Positions 61,783-64,000 of a stretch of DNA of 64,000 bases are shown here, one piece after another. The DNA is from Podarcis liolepis (lineage: Eukaryota). The stretch lies in the NCBI GenBank assembly GCA_965112155.1, contig OZ218101.1; one strand, written 5' to 3'. The notes beneath the pieces are model-generated. The model was given only the letters and a program-made list of their open reading frames with translations, made no database searches and was not told the DNA's origin. The position numbers and the translations under genes were made by a program. Position 1 is the stretch's first letter. Each line of letters starts with the position of its first letter.

Positions 61783-61970
61783 CATAGGGGACCTCCTAAC
61801 AACTCTCAGCACCCTTAACAAACTACACTTCCCAGGACTCTTTGGTAGGTACCAGATGGTATAACAGTGCTTTACATGTATGGCGTGGATGTGACCTTAG
61901 ATAAGTACATAGAAATTAGTAGAGAAGTAGGCTGTGTTGAATGGAAAAGTAAGCTGAGAACATAGCTCAC

Positions 61971-62090
61971 CCAGAACAAGCAGCTCCACTGACTCTTCCG
62001 TCTTGCCCTCCACATCATCAGGTGTGATAATGAGGCAGTAATACAACCCACTGTCTCCCCACATCAGTTTTCCAATGTGGAGGTCTGCAT
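61971..62090 (-). CDS. ILDR2: ILDR2 exon 3
   Basis: 'ADLHIGKLMWGDSGLYYCLIITPDDVEGKTEESVELLVL'; 120 nt; AG/GT borders. Confidence 0.95.
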
Positions 62091-62966
62091 CTGAAAAACA
62101 ATATAAGAGAAATAGTAGAGTCAGAAACACAGAGAAAAGGTGAAGGACTAAAAACAAGGCTTTCACTAACAGTTGTTACTGGCAGGAGTGCATTTTTCTT
62201 CCTTAGAGAAATAAGCACACTCCAGTGAGCCACAGTGCACTCCAGAGAGTCAGCAAACTTCGCTGGACAGTGATTTGGATCCAGGAGACCAAATTGCTAT
62301 TTATTGAGGAACACACCAGATTGTCTTTTCCACAATGAAAGTAGGACACATGTAAACCTATCTCACAATGCTATTTGTTCCCATGCCCTTCAACACGGAA
62401 GCAAGGTATAGGCCCATTCACATCACAGGCTCCTGCCCCAATCCACATATACAACACAAACATCTGTAGGGAGGGGGCCTTCACATATAGCTGAACATGC
62501 AATGGCTTCTTTGGAATCTAGGATCTGGGTGGTCAGGGTTCCAGATCACAAGAAAGCCTTCATGCAGTGCAAAGTGATTGTGAATAATTTTTATTTCTAT
62601 AGGAAGGGACATACACCTCAACAACACACACAAAGAAAAATATCTTCTATTTTACCAAGGTTTTTACAACTTAATTTTTGCATATTGTTTTACACTGCCA
62701 TTAGATGTTTTTACATCTAAGATCTCTCTGCCTTGTTAGTTTTCGTGTTTTATTGAAATTCATACTTTAACCATTTCTCAGGTTTTTAAAATGTAAACTG
62801 CCCTGGGAATATGACAAGAGTGGAATATACATGCCTATAATATATAGTATTAAATAAGCACACTGATCCTCATAAGAGAGATCCAAAACACTGGTGTAAT
62901 TTTCTACCATTCATAATAGCCAAAGAAGCTTTCTCATAATTAATAAACTGCTAGGCAGGCAGTTAC

Positions 62967-63299
62967 CATGGAGAATGGTGACATCTCTTCCCTTGTAGAA
63001 TTCTCCAACTGTGACCGACGGGCCCTGCTTGGAAGCCACAATGCGGACCGTTCTTCTGCTGTCCACGCAGTCCAAGTATGGATCCCATTCCAGGTTCCTC
63101 TTGCTCACAGCCTGTAAGCCTGCAGAGACCACTCCCAGAGCTTCTCCCATGCGGTCTTGGCAATATGATTTGAACTTCCACTGCACCACAGCTGGTTGTG
63201 TGGAGGAAGTTGAAAAGTGGCATCGAAGCACGACAGACTGAAAGAGCATGGCCACCTTTTTCTTTTCCGGCACCATGACCTGAAGCCCTTCAGTCACAG
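62967..63299 (-). CDS. ILDR2: ILDR2 exon 2 (Ig V domain)
   Basis: 'LQVMVPEKKKVAMLFQSVVLRCHFSTSSTQPAVVQWKFKSYCQDRMGEALG...WDPYLDCVDSRRTVRIVASKQG'; 333 nt; AG/GT borders. Confidence 0.95.
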
Positions 63300-63479
63300 C
63301 TACAAGACAAAAAGTATGAACGTTATTGATTTGTGAGGTATCAGCCATCTGTTCAGTGGTTCAGATCAAGACAGAATGTTATACGGGAGATTGCCATCAG
63401 CTTTTGGTGCTAAGAAGAAAATGTGCTGGAGAAATACTGGCAGCAAGGCAATAGTGCTATTTAATGCATCAAAACAATA

Positions 63480-63721
63480 CAGTGGTACCTCAGGTTAAGA
63501 ACTTAATTCATTCTGGAGGTCTGTTCTTAACCTGAAACTGTTCTTAACCTGAAGCACCACTTTAGCTAATGGGGCCTCCCGCTGCTGCCGCGCCGCCACT
63601 GCACGATTTCTGTTCTCATCCTGAAGCAAAGTTCTTAACCCGAGGTAATACTTCTGGGTTAGTTGAGTCTGTAATCTGAAGCGTATGTAACCTGAAGTGT
63701 ATGTAACCCGAGGTACCACTG
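63480..63721. mobile_element. MITE family 1 in ILDR2 intron 1
   Basis: TIRs and TA TSD. Confidence 0.9.
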
Positions 63722-64000
63722 TACTGAGCTGGTTCAGACGTCAAGGTAAACTGCAGTTTGTCATGACAGGAACAAGCCGCAGCAAAACTTGGCCTCACGT
63801 GCTCTCCAATTCACCTCTGCTGCAGCCACAGGAACATCAAAAGCTTTCACTACGGATGGTTGAAAATGTCACTTTGAATTTTTGGTTATCATCTTTCCAG
63901 TCTTACCATAAGTTCAGTTCTCCATGTGAGTTTGCATTGTTTTTTAAGCCCACATGAAAATTCACCAGCATTTTAGTGCAAATTTATCCTAAGGTACGAA

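Overview
Vertebrate genomic DNA, not prokaryotic. Sauria SINEs, Squam3-like SINEs and BovB/CR1/L2 fragments point to a squamate, probably a lacertid lizard. Right part (about 36.7-63.3 kb, minus strand): ILDR2 coding exons 2-9, with exon 1 outside the window and the last exon probably running into a 200-N assembly gap at 36494-36693. Left part (minus strand): two CD2/SLAM-family-like Ig genes. Gene A has a signal exon plus one V-like exon. Gene B has a signal exon, two duplicated 309-nt V exons, a TM exon with a Glu and a probable tail. About 1.3 kb upstream of gene B is a very young gammaretrovirus-like ERV (23658-30001): 698-bp LTRs with 1 mismatch, tRNA-Pro PBS, PPT and GTAC target-site duplication, inserted inside a MITE terminal repeat. 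Its gag/pol are destroyed and scrambled, so it looks non-autonomous. It keeps the splice donor and env-type acceptor, which lead to an intact 135-aa ORF I do not recognise, followed by small coupled ORFs where env should be. This is the most interesting candidate system. Also present: a decayed C2H2 zinc-finger exon, a truncated Gypsy LTR+gag, and many MITEs, SINEs and LINE fragments. All calls come from manual reading and remembered family motifs; no database searches were run.
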